From contig BCKZ01000016.1 in assembly GCA_001600815.1 (NCBI GenBank), forward strand, positions 62,001-104,008: a DNA stretch of 42,008 nt. Reading direction: 5' to 3'. Source of the stretch: Alloascoidea hylecoeti. Its lineage: Eukaryota. The notes below the pieces were generated by a model. That model was not told the origin of the DNA and searched no databases. It was given only the letters and a program-made list of their open reading frames with translations. Shown here piece after piece: positions 11,904-23,620 of the stretch. Position 1 is the first letter of the stretch. Each line of letters starts with the position of its first letter. The position numbers and the translations under genes are program-made.

Positions 11904-14900
11904 TCACCACTCATCATCATCATCATTGTCCCTTCTCATACTTCCATGTCTTGCCTTTAAAGCAGCGGCTAATCCACCAGCAAGACCTTTTTCTTCTTCT
12001 TGTCTTTGCCTTAATGCTTGAGCTAATCCACCAGCAAGATTATTACTACCACCAGATGATCTAGCACTGGCGCCATTTCCGTTTGGTATAGTATTAGCAC
12101 TAGATCTCTTCTTAGTAGGTGGTGCAGGTGGAGATTTCTTTTTTGGTCTCGCAGGTGGTGCAGCAGGAGGAGCTGCCTGTTGAACTTCTTCCAAATACGA
12201 TGTTGGAACCCAACCTTGTTCCGATCCATCTAATCGTTTTCCTAACCACCAACCATTCGTTTCTTTTTTCTCAATATAAATTATCTCACCTGCTGTCACA
12301 GACATTTGACCAGCTCCCGTACTTTCAAAAGCATAAACCGCTTTAAAAGTAGGATCACCAGGAGGAGCTACTGGAGGAGGAGGTGGTGGTGGTGGCATAC
12401 TTCTTCTAGGTGATTGTGGAACTGCAGCAGTTGATGAATTACGATTAGGACGATGCGAGGGCCGTGACGGCTGTACATGTTGAGTTTGAACAGGTGTTTG
12501 CTGCACTTGTCGCTGTATTGGTTGTTGAACTTGTTGCTGTTGATGAAGAGGCTGTTGCTCAAATGGAGCTTGTTTAGTCGTTGGTCTTGATGGAATACTA
12601 TAGCTATTTGAATCAACTTTCTTCCTCATTGGATAAACATAATTATCTAAACCACCCTTCTTCCTTGGAGGTTTCCGACTTTTTGAACTAGCAGGATTGC
12701 CTTGTTGAACCGAAACAGTACCACTCTTATAAAGATCTCCATTTTTAGGTGCCGCTGAACTAGTTTGAAATTTAACATTATGAAATTTACCTGGCTTCTT
12801 TTGATATTGAATCGTAGGGCCAATTTTTACATCTAAACCAGGGTTTAATTTCGATAATCTTGTAATTAGCTCAGTCTTAAAAACACAATTAATCAAAGGA
12901 TCTGGTTGTGGGAGACCGCGTAATGATAACGTTAACCAATCATCTTGAAGAGCCGATAATCCAACATAATTAATCGATGAAAGACCTATAGTAAATTCAC
13001 TTGTATAAGAAACTTGATTATTTAAAACAGTTTCAGAAACAATATAAAAGTTCTTTGCAGTCAATATGAAAATTCTAGGTAATCTCATACTTGATCTACC
13101 AAACTTTGCATGTAATAATTCTCCACGAGATGAGAATTCAACTTTATCACTTAATCCAATGGATTTTTTAACAAAAGATCCAATACCTGATGTATCATTA
13201 CAAGATAAATAATCACCCCAGAATTTCCTACTTCCTAAAATACTCATTGTTCTTCGTTCTTTTCTAGCAGCCAAAATTCTATGGCCATCGTCTCGTAATT
13301 CAACATATTTAGCAGTACCTTTGATGTTACGATAGGCCCTCTGCATTTTAATCGCAGCATCAACACGTCTTTTAACATAACGTCTCCAAGCTCTTTGGAT
13401 TCTTGCGGCCATATTATGCCAATATCGATCTCTCATATGTTCCAAAGCAAACAGTGTTTCGGGAGTTTTAATGAAAATCTTAGAAGTACCCATTTGATAT
13501 TCTTCAGTGGGTATACTTGTATCCTTTAGAATTTGAACAACACCAGCTTTTGAAGTACCATCCCAAATATAATCACCAGCATATGAAGTTTTTGGAGATA
13601 ATAAATAAAATCTTTCAACAAACTTTTCAAATGTTTGCCTATAAGCAAAACCAGCTCTTCTAATACGAACATTTTCTTGTAAACCGAGATATTTAACTTG
13701 ATGTAGAACAGCTTTTGTATTATATTCTGATGGAGATCTATTTTGATTTGGTTTAATTGTTCTAATATATGATGGTTGAGATTTAGATAATGTTTCAACT
13801 AATTCATTAGCTGATTGTTTAATTTTATCAGAAGCAGTTGGAGGTCGACGTTTTGAATCAGTATCAACAACATTAGGAAACAAATTAGCCAAAAATTGAT
13901 TAGTTGTATGTGATAACAAAACTAATAAATCCTTTAACATTTGATCTTTATTTTTATCGGTCATTCCTTGAACATCATACATTACATCACCAGCATAATG
14001 CTTAATTAAAAATTTATTTTGTCGTAAATCAAAATGAGGATTTGAAGACATCATTGAAAGTCTTGAAGCAAACGTTTGATCAGCAGCATCAGGGTCAGCG
14101 TGAGCAGTTGCACAAGCATCATTTAAAGTTGCAAATATACCTGGTGGTCTTCTTGATTCAATTAAATCACAAACAATTTTATTATTGAAATAATTAATTG
14201 GTGCCCATTTAATTTGTTCTCTAACATATTCTTCTTGTTCTGCTTTTAAAGTTAATTGAATAAAAATTTGTTGTAATTTTTCATTAACATAATTAATACA
14301 AATTTGTTCAAAACTATTATTTTCAAAAATTTCAAATCCATAAATATCAAGAATACCAATTGATTTTGAAACTTGTCCTAAAGTTTGTAACGATTTATTA
14401 ACTCTTGCAACAATCCAATCGAATAAATTATTATAAATTCCTTTGGCTAATGCATCTCGAACTGACATTGCCTGATTAACATTCAAAGGTACATGATAAA
14501 TTGAACCTCTTCTACCACCTCTTGAAGTTTCCATAATTCTTTCAGTTACCGCTTTTTCGATTTTTTCAGCATCCACTTCTAATAGGTATGCAACAAATTG
14601 AGGTACAGATGAATCGGCAATTGCAGCATTTCCTTCATCATTTTCGACAAAAGTAATATTACCAATCCACAAAATTGAAGCTAATAATCTAAAAATTTGA
14701 TCTTGTTCTTGTTTTTCAAGGCCAATAACACTCATTGCTTTTAAAGTTTCGTTAAAATCGGCTACATCGTCGATACTATCCACGGATGTACATTTACTTG
14801 CTGATGTATAAACATAAGACTCGGGACCTTGAATACCAAAGGTTTGTCTATATTCTTCAGTCGCACCTTTAGTAAATTGATAAAAAATATGAAAATTTCG

Positions 14901-15698
14901 TTCTTGAGTGATTTGACCAACAACCCTTGCCTTTTCTAATAAGTAATTTGTAATGTTTGCTCCTACAGGTTCAAATTGAGCATTGAATTGAATTTCCAAA
15001 TATTTACCATGACGGGACGAATTATCATTCCTTAAAGTTTTGGAACAACCAAAGGACTCCAATAAAGGATTTGTAGCTAAGACCATATCCTTAATCTTTT
15101 GGATTCCGGAAGAACTTTCACCGGAAACAGAGGCAATGTATTGCATAATCCGTTTGGCAGCTTCCGTCTTTCCTGCACCTGATTCACCGCTATATTTGGA
15201 CATTGCCACATTTAGTATACATATACAGGTTTATAAAAAAACGGGATGACTTACCTAATAATGACACATTGGCTTTCATTGTAAGCTTTCATGTTGTAAA
15301 ACATTGCTTCGGCTATAGCGAAGACATGAGGCGGTACCTAGACATGATCATTAGTACTGTTGTTTCTGGAACCTAAATGTGAGTTAAAGACATACTTCTA
15401 ATCTGTTTTTACCACGATAAGAATTCAGAACCTCATCGGTGTAAATTCCGAGATCCCGAAAGGGATTAACAGAGATTAAAACGTGTCCAATATAGGTGTA
15501 GATTGTTGCATTTTCAAACCTTTTCTGAAGGTTTTCGTTGATGGCTTCATCAGACACCTTGCTAAGTAAAGTAAGATCTGAAACTCCCACTTCTTTCTTG
15601 TGGGAGGCATCGAAAGTGGCTTTTTGAACCTGACTTCTTTTTGCAGGCTGCTGTTTCTTTTCGCGACCTTTTCGGCCGGCTCTTTTCGTGATTGCCAT
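11904..15698 (-). CDS. MYO5: Type I myosin (Myo3/Myo5 orthologue), three exons (15698-15396, 15337-15255, 15189-11904), ~1223 aa
   Basis: Introns 15395-15338 (GTATGT, TACTAAT, TAG) and 15254-15190 (GTAAGT, TACTAAA, TAG) restore [13 protein letters not shown] and [13 protein letters not shown] (P-loop). Motor domain, IQ motifs, TH1, Pro-rich region, SH3 and acidic DDDDEW tail are all present. Confidence 0.97.
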
Positions 15699-15779
15699 TG
15701 CTTCAAAAAGTGTGAGGGCTGTTCAGGATTTGAAAGAGTTAGGAGTTAACACACTCTCTTTTTACGCCTATGCAGAGTG

Positions 15780-15786
15780 TTACCCG
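15780..15786 (+). promoter_or_regulatory. Reb1-type site TTACCCG in the 216-bp gap between the upstream gene's stop and the myosin ATG
   Basis: Exact match to the S. cerevisiae Reb1 core, ~80 bp upstream of the ATG; function in this species is inferred. Confidence 0.35.
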
Positions 15787-15891
15787 ACTACACAGCCTTT
15801 TGCCACACTTCCGATTTTTAATTATCTCAATTATACTATTAACTATTAAATCAAAAATATACACTATTTAATAAATCATTTGTACTCTGTA

Positions 15892-15915
15892 ATATATATA
15901 TATATATATATATAT
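15892..15915. repeat. (AT)12 microsatellite abutting the stop codon of the large repeat gene; may act as a 3'-end efficiency element
   Basis: 24-nt perfect AT alternation; TATATA is the known yeast polyadenylation efficiency element. Confidence 0.85.
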
Positions 15916-18900
15916 TATAACGCATTTATATTCTGGTTGTTAGTGCCACCATCTTTCACAATCGTCTGCGTAACCGGGGCAAGCTGAGGGACAGCTAAGG
16001 TTTGATCATGATGGTTCTTGGGTGTCTGCCCATAGTCAAGAGGTCTACCAGTTGGAGTGCTATGAACATAATGTTCTTCACCAGCTGTTTTTTGCGTATA
16101 TGCAATAGGTGAGTCTGGTGGAGCATTATATCCTCTTGAATCAGAAGTATCTCCATGAATAGCCTCATCTCCTGAAATTCCTTCCCGCTGAGCAGACGAC
16201 CGCCGTCTAGATTTCGATTTCTTAGAACTAAATAGACCAATCACTCGTTCCTTAGTTGATCTAGACCTTGATCTTCTACGAGTACTTTCGTCATTTTGTA
16301 AGTGTCCTTCATCAATACCATCATCATCCTTAGATCCCTTTCTACTGAAAAAAGAAGTAGCACTACTCCTCCTATTGTGTTTAGCTTCTTTTCCTGAACT
16401 ATGACCTTGCTTTCCACTTACTGGCTCGACAAGAATGTATTCCTGTGTTAAATCTCTGGTTCCAGAACCAGATGCTGCATAAAGAGTTCCGACTTCAGTT
16501 TGTTTCACTGGAACAACATTCTTGAAATCATTCTTGTGTCTAGAATTTTGAATGGCATTTTCGTGGTCAACAGATACAATACTCGATTTTCTCCTTGAAT
16601 GCTTACTAACAGGTTCTTTGGCAACTGAATTATCAACATTATTCTTCTTGGTATGGGAATCTAAGTTCCTGGATCCAATAACCGATGGTCCTACACCTGC
16701 AGCACCAATGACAGCTGTGTTGCTTGCATTAGTTCCAGTTGGTTGCCTTGATTTATGAACAGGTTTACCATCACCATCTTCAGTCAAATTCTGTGGATAT
16801 AGGTTATCAGAATCGTCTGTAGCATCAGGTTTCTTTTCAAGAGTTGCATTATAACCCACCAATCCCGCTACTCCTACAGCACTTGAGGCAACCGTTGCTG
16901 CAACTCTATCCTTAAATCCAACATTTGACGTTGGTGGATCCGAAGTTTCATCTTCGACTAGAGAAGATTTTGAACCAGCAAAACCTGTAGATGGGGCTCT
17001 TTGTTTCCAATTGGTATTATCATGTATATGATTATCGGACTGATAATTAACATTGGTAGACCGCTTAGGTATAGCAGATTCAGAATCTTGAACAAATCCT
17101 GTTTGTGGAGCATCACCTTTCCAACTTGATCTTCTTCCTTCATTACGATTGGTTGTACCAGTGCCAGCAGCACCACCAAGACCAATTGCACCCAAAGAAG
17201 ATTGAACAAGAGATGGAGATTCAACTGAATTATGAACATCTTTAACATTGGTAGGTGTAGGTTGTTGCTTAGATTTTGAATTCCTTAAATCTTCTTTATT
17301 TGATGATTTTTGAGAATCGTTTGGTAATTCATTGGAATCTTCATCGTTAGTAGATCCACCAAAAAAAGATCCAACTCTTTGTTTCCAACTACTTCTACTA
17401 CCTTGGGATGTATTTGATGCACGTCTAGGTTTGCTATGACCTTCAACGCCCGTTTTGTTACTTGTAGGCTCCACAGTAGACTCTTTAGAATGATTAACCT
17501 TAGAAACAGCTTCATGTGGATCTGGAATACCGACTGCATTCCCTATAGCAGTACCACCAATAGCAGAAGCAACTGCAATCTCAGCTTGTTGAGTATACCC
17601 TAAATGAGAAGTCGCACCTGATTGAGCTTTATTCTTTAAATCTTTGGAATTGACATCTTTTTGATTGAAGTCCTTCAGATTTGAAGAAGATTTCTCATCA
17701 TTACTTTCATCTTTATTGAGACCCAGAGCATTATAAGCCTTATCTTTCAAACCAGGTTCATTGNTAGAATCTTCANCAGACTCCTTAGACCCCTTAGNAG
17801 ATTCCTTATCTTGAGGATTGGATTGAGGATTAACTTTAGAAACAGCTTCAGACGGATCGGGAACACCAACTGCATTCCCTATAGCAGTGCCACCAATAGC
17901 AGAAGCAACTGCAATCTCAGCTTGTTGAACATATCCTAAATGCGATGTTGCACCTGATTGAGCTTTATTCTTCAAGTCTTTCGAATTGACATCTCTTGGA
18001 TTGAAGTCCTTTGGATTTGAAGATTTCTCATCATTACTTTCACCTTTATTGAGACCTAAAGCATTATAAGCCTTATCTTTCAAACCGGGTTCAGATACAG
18101 ATTGAGATTCAGATTTAGTAGTTGTATCCTTACCTTGAGAAGTGGAATCAGATTTAGAATCCTTAACGTTACTAGATGGATTTGGAACACCAATAGCATT
18201 TCCAACAGCAGTTCCACCGATAGCAGAAGCGGCAGCAATTTCTGTTTGTTCTTTGATACCACCATTTGAAGATTCAGAAGCTTTAGTATCTTTAGAGGTT
18301 CTATCTTTGGAATTAGAAGTTACACCATGTTCATCCTCATTAACGTCACTGTCCTTATCTCCACGTTTAACAACTTTCTTTATCTTCTGTTTTAGAGCTG
18401 ATATTTTCTTTTTAGGTTTAGATTCCTTTGAATTAGAGTCAGAAGTTAAATCAGAATTCTTTCTATCTTTACTATTCAAGTTTTCTTCCTCATGATTTTT
18501 GGTAGATGTATTTTTAGAAGGATCAGAAGTAACTTTATCAGAATTAGGATTAACCTTAGAAACAGCTTCATGTGGATCTGGAATACCGACTGCATTCCCT
18601 ATAGCAGTACCACCAATAGCAGAAGCAACTGCAATCTCAGCTTGTTGAACATATCCTAAATGCGATGTTGCAGCTTTTTCTTTGTAACCAGATTGAGATT
18701 CAGATTTGTCTGTAGAATCTCCAGCAGTCTTTTTTTGAAAATCAGTTGAATCTTCTCCCTTTGAATTTTCTTCTACTTCTTCATTACCCCATCCAAAAAC
18801 ATTGTAAAGCTTATCTTTTAGACCAGGTTGAGATGCTGCATCATCATTGTCAGTGGCGGTAGCAATATTAGTTGATTGTATATCTCCTTGATTGACATGG

Positions 18901-21417
18901 TCAGAAGTAGATATTTGGTTCCTACCATCAATATTAGAATGAGATGGATCATAAGTAGATATTTGGTTCTTACCATCAATATTAGAATGAGATGGATCAG
19001 AAGTAGATCTCTGGTTATTATGACCAGAATTAGCATTAGAAGGATCAGAAGTAGTGGTAACAGGAGTACTAGACTTTTTGATTGGATTATTATAAACAGG
19101 CAATTCAAGAACCCCATCCTTAGCTGAAGTGTTAGCATTTGCTTTATTGACATCTAAAGATTCACCTTGAATTGGCAAACCTTTTTCTTCACGATCTTTG
19201 ATTTCCAAATCAACTTTTCTCTCCTCCTCTGCGCTCAAAACATCAGTTAATGGATGAGTAATAACTTGAGACTTTTTTGTTGTTGCAAGACCATCAAATT
19301 CGGCGCCTACTGAGGTCTTACCTGAGGTCTTACTATCAATATTAACTTGTTTTTTATTTGATGTTGGTCCGTGATGAGTACTTGAAGGTGGAGCATGAGT
19401 GTCATAAAAATCATCATCATCATTAGGAGTCTCCAATTTTGGTTTTGTAGAATCAATTTCATACGCTTCTGATGATTGAGTATTATTCAAATTTCTAGCA
19501 TAATTAGGAGCAACTTGAGCATTATATTTTTTTGTATTTTCAATATTTGTATTAGTAAGATCTTCCAATTTCTTTGAGTTATCATTAGTATGATCCAAAT
19601 TTTGATAACCATCACCACGACCAACAGGAGGAAACTGTGACTCGTTTTGCTCATGATCAATTGTATTTTTCCTATTTGATGAGTGGCCATGTGTTAAAAC
19701 TACATCATTATCAATACCTTGATCACCAAGTAAATCATCATCATCAATTGACTTTTTAGATTTATGTCTACCAAATACTAAGGAGGCTCTTTTCTTCCAA
19801 CTTGGTTTGGATTGAAATTGGGCGTTCTGTTCAGCAGACCACGAATCCAAAGAACCATTATAATTATCTTGATTATGATTCTGTTCAGATATATTATCAT
19901 ACTTTCCTGAGCAAGTATCAATTTCATGATTAGTACCATATTTAGTAGTGGTTCCAACAGTACCAGTAGAAATTCCTGTGGTATTTGGATTATAGTGGGT
20001 AGCTGAAGAGGTGTTAACATTTTGTTGTAAAGGCTGTGCTTTGTGAGAAGAAAGATGTGTTTCGTTTGCTGCAGTAGTACCTTGAACTTTTTTAAACCCT
20101 TGTTTATTTGAAATGTTCTTAGGATGATCATAAGTGGTCTGTTTGGTTTCTTTGTCTGGTTTATCACCATAAAGACCAGCAGAACCAACGGCAGCAGCAG
20201 CACCGGCAGTTGCAAAATCACCATTAGTCGTATTGGTAGCAGTAGTTGTATGATTAGAATAATTATTACCAGTTGGTTTGGAAGAACCTCTAGTAGCGAC
20301 CCCAGTCTTTGAACCTGAAGTAGGAGCTGTTCCATGGTTAGGATAACCCCTACCAGCTGTTTGAGAGTATCCTCTAGTTCCTGAAGTAGTCCCAGCTGCA
20401 GAAGCTACTGCATCAGCCTTTGGATCTGCAGAAGTAGGGTTAGGGTATGTATCTTGAGCGCCAGTTTCACCTGCATATGATTGAGTACCAAGATCATGAG
20501 TAACAAAGGGTTTAGTAGTAGTATTCTTGGGGTCAATTGTTTGAACTCCAGCTGTATCATCAGACTCAACTTCATCTTTTGATGGTCCTGACCAAAAGTT
20601 CTTAACTACTCCAAATAAGCCAGCGTTCTGGGAGTTGTCATCAATTTCCTGAATTGGTTGACTATTTGTATTAGAATCAGACAAATTTCCGATTCCTTGA
20701 TCATAAGCTGTTACATGTGAAGCATCTTTTTTGGAATGTGTAGGTTCAGATCCAAATGATTCCTCATGCTTATTTTTAACTGCCGGATTAATCGATGAGG
20801 GAGAAGCATTAGAAACACCACCAGAAAAAAAAGCTTCTTTTGGAACATATTCATAATTTGGTTCTGGCTTATGTTGAGGTCTATAACCATTTGACAAATC
20901 ATGAACATCGGCTTTCTCATAAGTTAGGACTTTTACATAGCCGGTTTGACTAACATATTGATGTTAGTAAATAGATTAAAGAACCCGTAAATGTACGAAA
21001 TTATGATCAAGACATACCTTGTAGGATTTCCGTGGGATTGATTAGCAATATTTTGTCCTTTTGTTGTAGTTGAATCTTCAATGGAATTTGGACTAACACA
21101 CAAAGAAAAAGTTAGTGGTTATAAACACAATAATGGTTGAATACATTAACTTACTCATTCAAGTTTCCACCATCATTGCTGTGTAAATTTTGTTCTTTTA
21201 TCTGTTTTGGTTCGCTAATCCCTACTCCTGTGTAAGAAACAGTTCTAGGTCTTCGAGTTGGTTTACTGGAGCCATGAGATTGGTGCTGATTGCTTTCTGT
21301 AGAATTTTTCACTTGATCTACTGGGAAAGCTCCTGGCATTTGTTCATGGTTATAATTGGTATCAGGTTGATCAGATATAGGATGATTTATATCTGTTTTA
21401 TCTTTATAGTTCCCCAT
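15915..21417 (-). CDS. Large hydrophilic, largely disordered protein with internal repeats, function unknown; three exons (21417-21155, 21092-21018, 20949-15915), ~1790 aa
   Basis: The 1660-aa ORF starts at TTG. Introns 21154-21093 (GTAAGT, CACTAAC, TAG) and 21017-20950 (GTATGT, TACTAAC, TAG) link it in frame to the 88-aa ATG ORF through a 75-nt exon. TATAAA lies ~65 bp upstream. Rich in S/T/N/D/K/G. Confidence 0.88.
17492..18672 (-). repeat. Intragenic repeat array: ~125-bp module (ATSHLGYxQQAEIAVASAIGGTAIGNAVGxPDPxEAVSKVN) x3 plus one diverged copy; two copies form a ~336-bp tandem unit
   Basis: Near-identical DNA at ~17492-17616, ~17828-17952 and ~18548-18672; diverged copy at ~18177-18250; extended identity between 17492-17760 and 17828-18093. 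Confidence 0.93.
18901..19054 (-). repeat. 48-bp coding minisatellite (~3.2 copies; STxDPSHSNIDGxNQI)
   Basis: Units start at 18901, 18949, 18997 and 19045; the first two differ at 2 positions, the third is diverged. Confidence 0.9.
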
Positions 21418-22656
21418 TTTTGTTTACGAAATAATGAAGAAGTAAAATTGAGGAGAAAATTAAAGAGGAGATATGTCTAATCTTTATATGATTTCCAATT
21501 ATATAGTTCGATCCAAGATGTTCAAAAAGTTTGTTCTTGATATGAGATCGTCATGCAGCATTGCATATCGCATATAGATATTCTTCCTATATTGATTGTC
21601 TAATCTCTGGTCATGTTTTAAAATTTCAATGTTGGAAGTTTCAATATTATTGCATCACATTAAAGTATAGATACTTTAATATCATCATACATATAATAAT
21701 TTTAATTGGAAAAATTTCTTTATAAATAGATAGTGACATAAAAGAGATTAATTAATAATATTAATTGGACAATTTGGACTGGGGCTAAACGTTAACAATG
21801 CATAGCATAGAATAAACGGCTAGATGAGCTGTAATGCAGCAATTATATTCAAAATGACGGCTAAGGTGAAACAACCAGCCATAGACCTTAATACGATATA
21901 CCAAAATTAGAATTTAGAATTGTATTGCTATAGAGTTATTCCAGGATAGCAATTAGTAGCAGACACCCATTCATTTGAAATTGGAGGAAGGAAATTGAAA
22001 ATATTAGAAAGCGGAAATTGAAATTGCAAGATGAATCATTGTTCACAAATAAGGTTAGAATTTTCTCTTTGTTATATGAGATCTTATATTATTAAAATTA
22101 GAATTCAAGATGAGCAAGTGTCCATCAGTATTAGTAATTATATAGCTTTGATTGTATAATACCAATACTTTTCTGGATTCACGATCTCCCATATATTTAG
22201 CTTTCAATTGTAATTGAATTCTAATTAATACCACAAGTAACAAGACATCAGATGAATCCAGGATATGATCTCACGATTAAACAGATTGCCTCATGAATCA
22301 TGTTTGAATATACCTTTAATACCCCATGAAGATATATCGAAGTTTAAAATTAAACATAACATGCCACTCGCGGTTCTCATTGATTGCTTAAATGTTCCAA
22401 CTGAGGAAGAATTTTAGTTTTATACACGATAACAAGTATTTAACATTTGGAACATTTGTAGACATTATAAACATTAATATTGTAGTTTAAACTGTAAAAA
22501 GAATAATCTTTGGGTGTAATATACAGAACGTTACCACATTTACTCTATCTGATAAGAAATATGTTGTTATGACAACTATATTACTAACACCTTTTGTTTT
22601 CATTTGCGAACTTCACCACTTTTTTCTCTTAATATAGACAAATAAGTTATTTAATA

Positions 22657-23319
22657 ATGCTTTCAGAAGATCCTTCATTTTTGATTCGGTCCACCATTGA
22701 CAATTTCCAAATTTCCGGAGATCTACAGACTTTGGATCGAATTAAAGAAAATTTATCACTGTTACAGAATAAAAGACAACAACGATTAGATGAATCAAGA
22801 GATATTTTAAAAAGTATGGGAAGTTTTCTAATCTATATTATATTTGTTTAAATAATTTTTAGAATATTATTTACTAAATATCTGGCTTTTTTAATAGATC
22901 TATCACGACAATTTGAACTAAATAAAGCTTCCTCAGATGCAACAGCGACCTCACCATCGAGAAGACAACGAAGAGAAGTTTTATCAAATCTTGATAAACA
23001 AAAATTTAGTGTTGCAAAATCATTAACGGAACTTGAAACTACAAACAATACAGCACAAAGTGCATTGGCTGAATTACAAAGTGAATTAGAAAAGCTAGAA
23101 CTTGAAGATGTTATGGATGCTGCACAACCAGTTATAACAGATTCTGCATTACTTAAATTAAGACTTTACAGATCACTCGGTGTTACTTTTGAAGGTGATG
23201 ATCCTGAACATTTAAAAATTTTAGTAAGGTCGGCGGATAAAGAAAGTGTTCATACACTTCAACATGATAATAACTATAGTGATTACTTCGTTGCAAATTA
23301 CATTTGGGATAGTCTCTGA
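22657..23319 (+). CDS. SPC24: Kinetochore Ndc80-complex subunit Spc24, two exons (22657-22813, 22898-23319), 192 aa
   Basis: Intron 22814-22897 (GTATGG, TACTAAA, TAG) gives ILK-N-LSRQF in frame. N-terminal ML.EDP..LI..TI.NF, a coiled coil, and C-terminal LKLRLYRSLG...YF.ANYIWD match fungal Spc24. Confidence 0.88.
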
Positions 23320-23525
23320 CAGGGTATATTTGGGCTGTTGATTAGTATGAAATATTTGTCGTTAGTGTTTAAATTTTATATTGTGTTTATTTTAATGGAT
23401 TTTTAAAGTTTATTTTGAATAATGGAGATCAAGATATTATGATTAGATTAAAACCGAATAAAACAAAAGAAAATGAAATGAAACTTGGTAACAACATAAT
23501 ATATATTTCTTTCTTAAAACTAGGA

Positions 23526-23533
23526 TATATACA
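23526..23533 (-). promoter_or_regulatory. Puf3-type element UGUAUAUA in the MRPL31 3' UTR
   Basis: TATATACA on + equals UGUAUAUA on the mRNA, ~90 nt after the stop. Puf3 elements are typical of mitoribosomal mRNAs in Saccharomycotina, but the word is common in AT-rich DNA. Confidence 0.4.
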
Positions 23534-23620
23534 ATGCTCTAAGAAGTATTTAAATGCTTGCCCTATGACTGTAATAGACAGTAAAATATATGAACTCTTG
23601 AGAATATGTTTGATCCCTTC

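Noticed and set aside
11904..12045. Duplicated LAGGLAxAL motif in the myosin I tail
   Set aside because: As I recall, a doubled motif before the acidic tail also occurs in other budding-yeast myosins I, so not novel.
15421..15432. Possible alternative CUG code
   Set aside because: CTG falls at the conserved Leu of myosin VLxSY, consistent with the standard code; one codon only, so weak evidence.
17492..19054. Repeat arrays as CRISPR-like or mobile repeats
   Set aside because: Eukaryotic context; units are in-frame coding repeats without unique constant-length spacers or terminal repeats.
1901..20920. Short overlapping or antisense ORFs inside GSH2, SRB8, myosin and the repeat gene (e.g. 4129-4353, 7438-7623, 19778-20335)
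   Set aside because: Shadows of low-complexity or codon-biased real genes, with no independent motifs.
22547..22556. ATCTGATAAG, a perfect SreA/Fep1 iron-GATA site
   Set aside because: An AT-rich 9-mer expected by chance in 42 kb, and the adjacent gene (SPC24) has no iron link.
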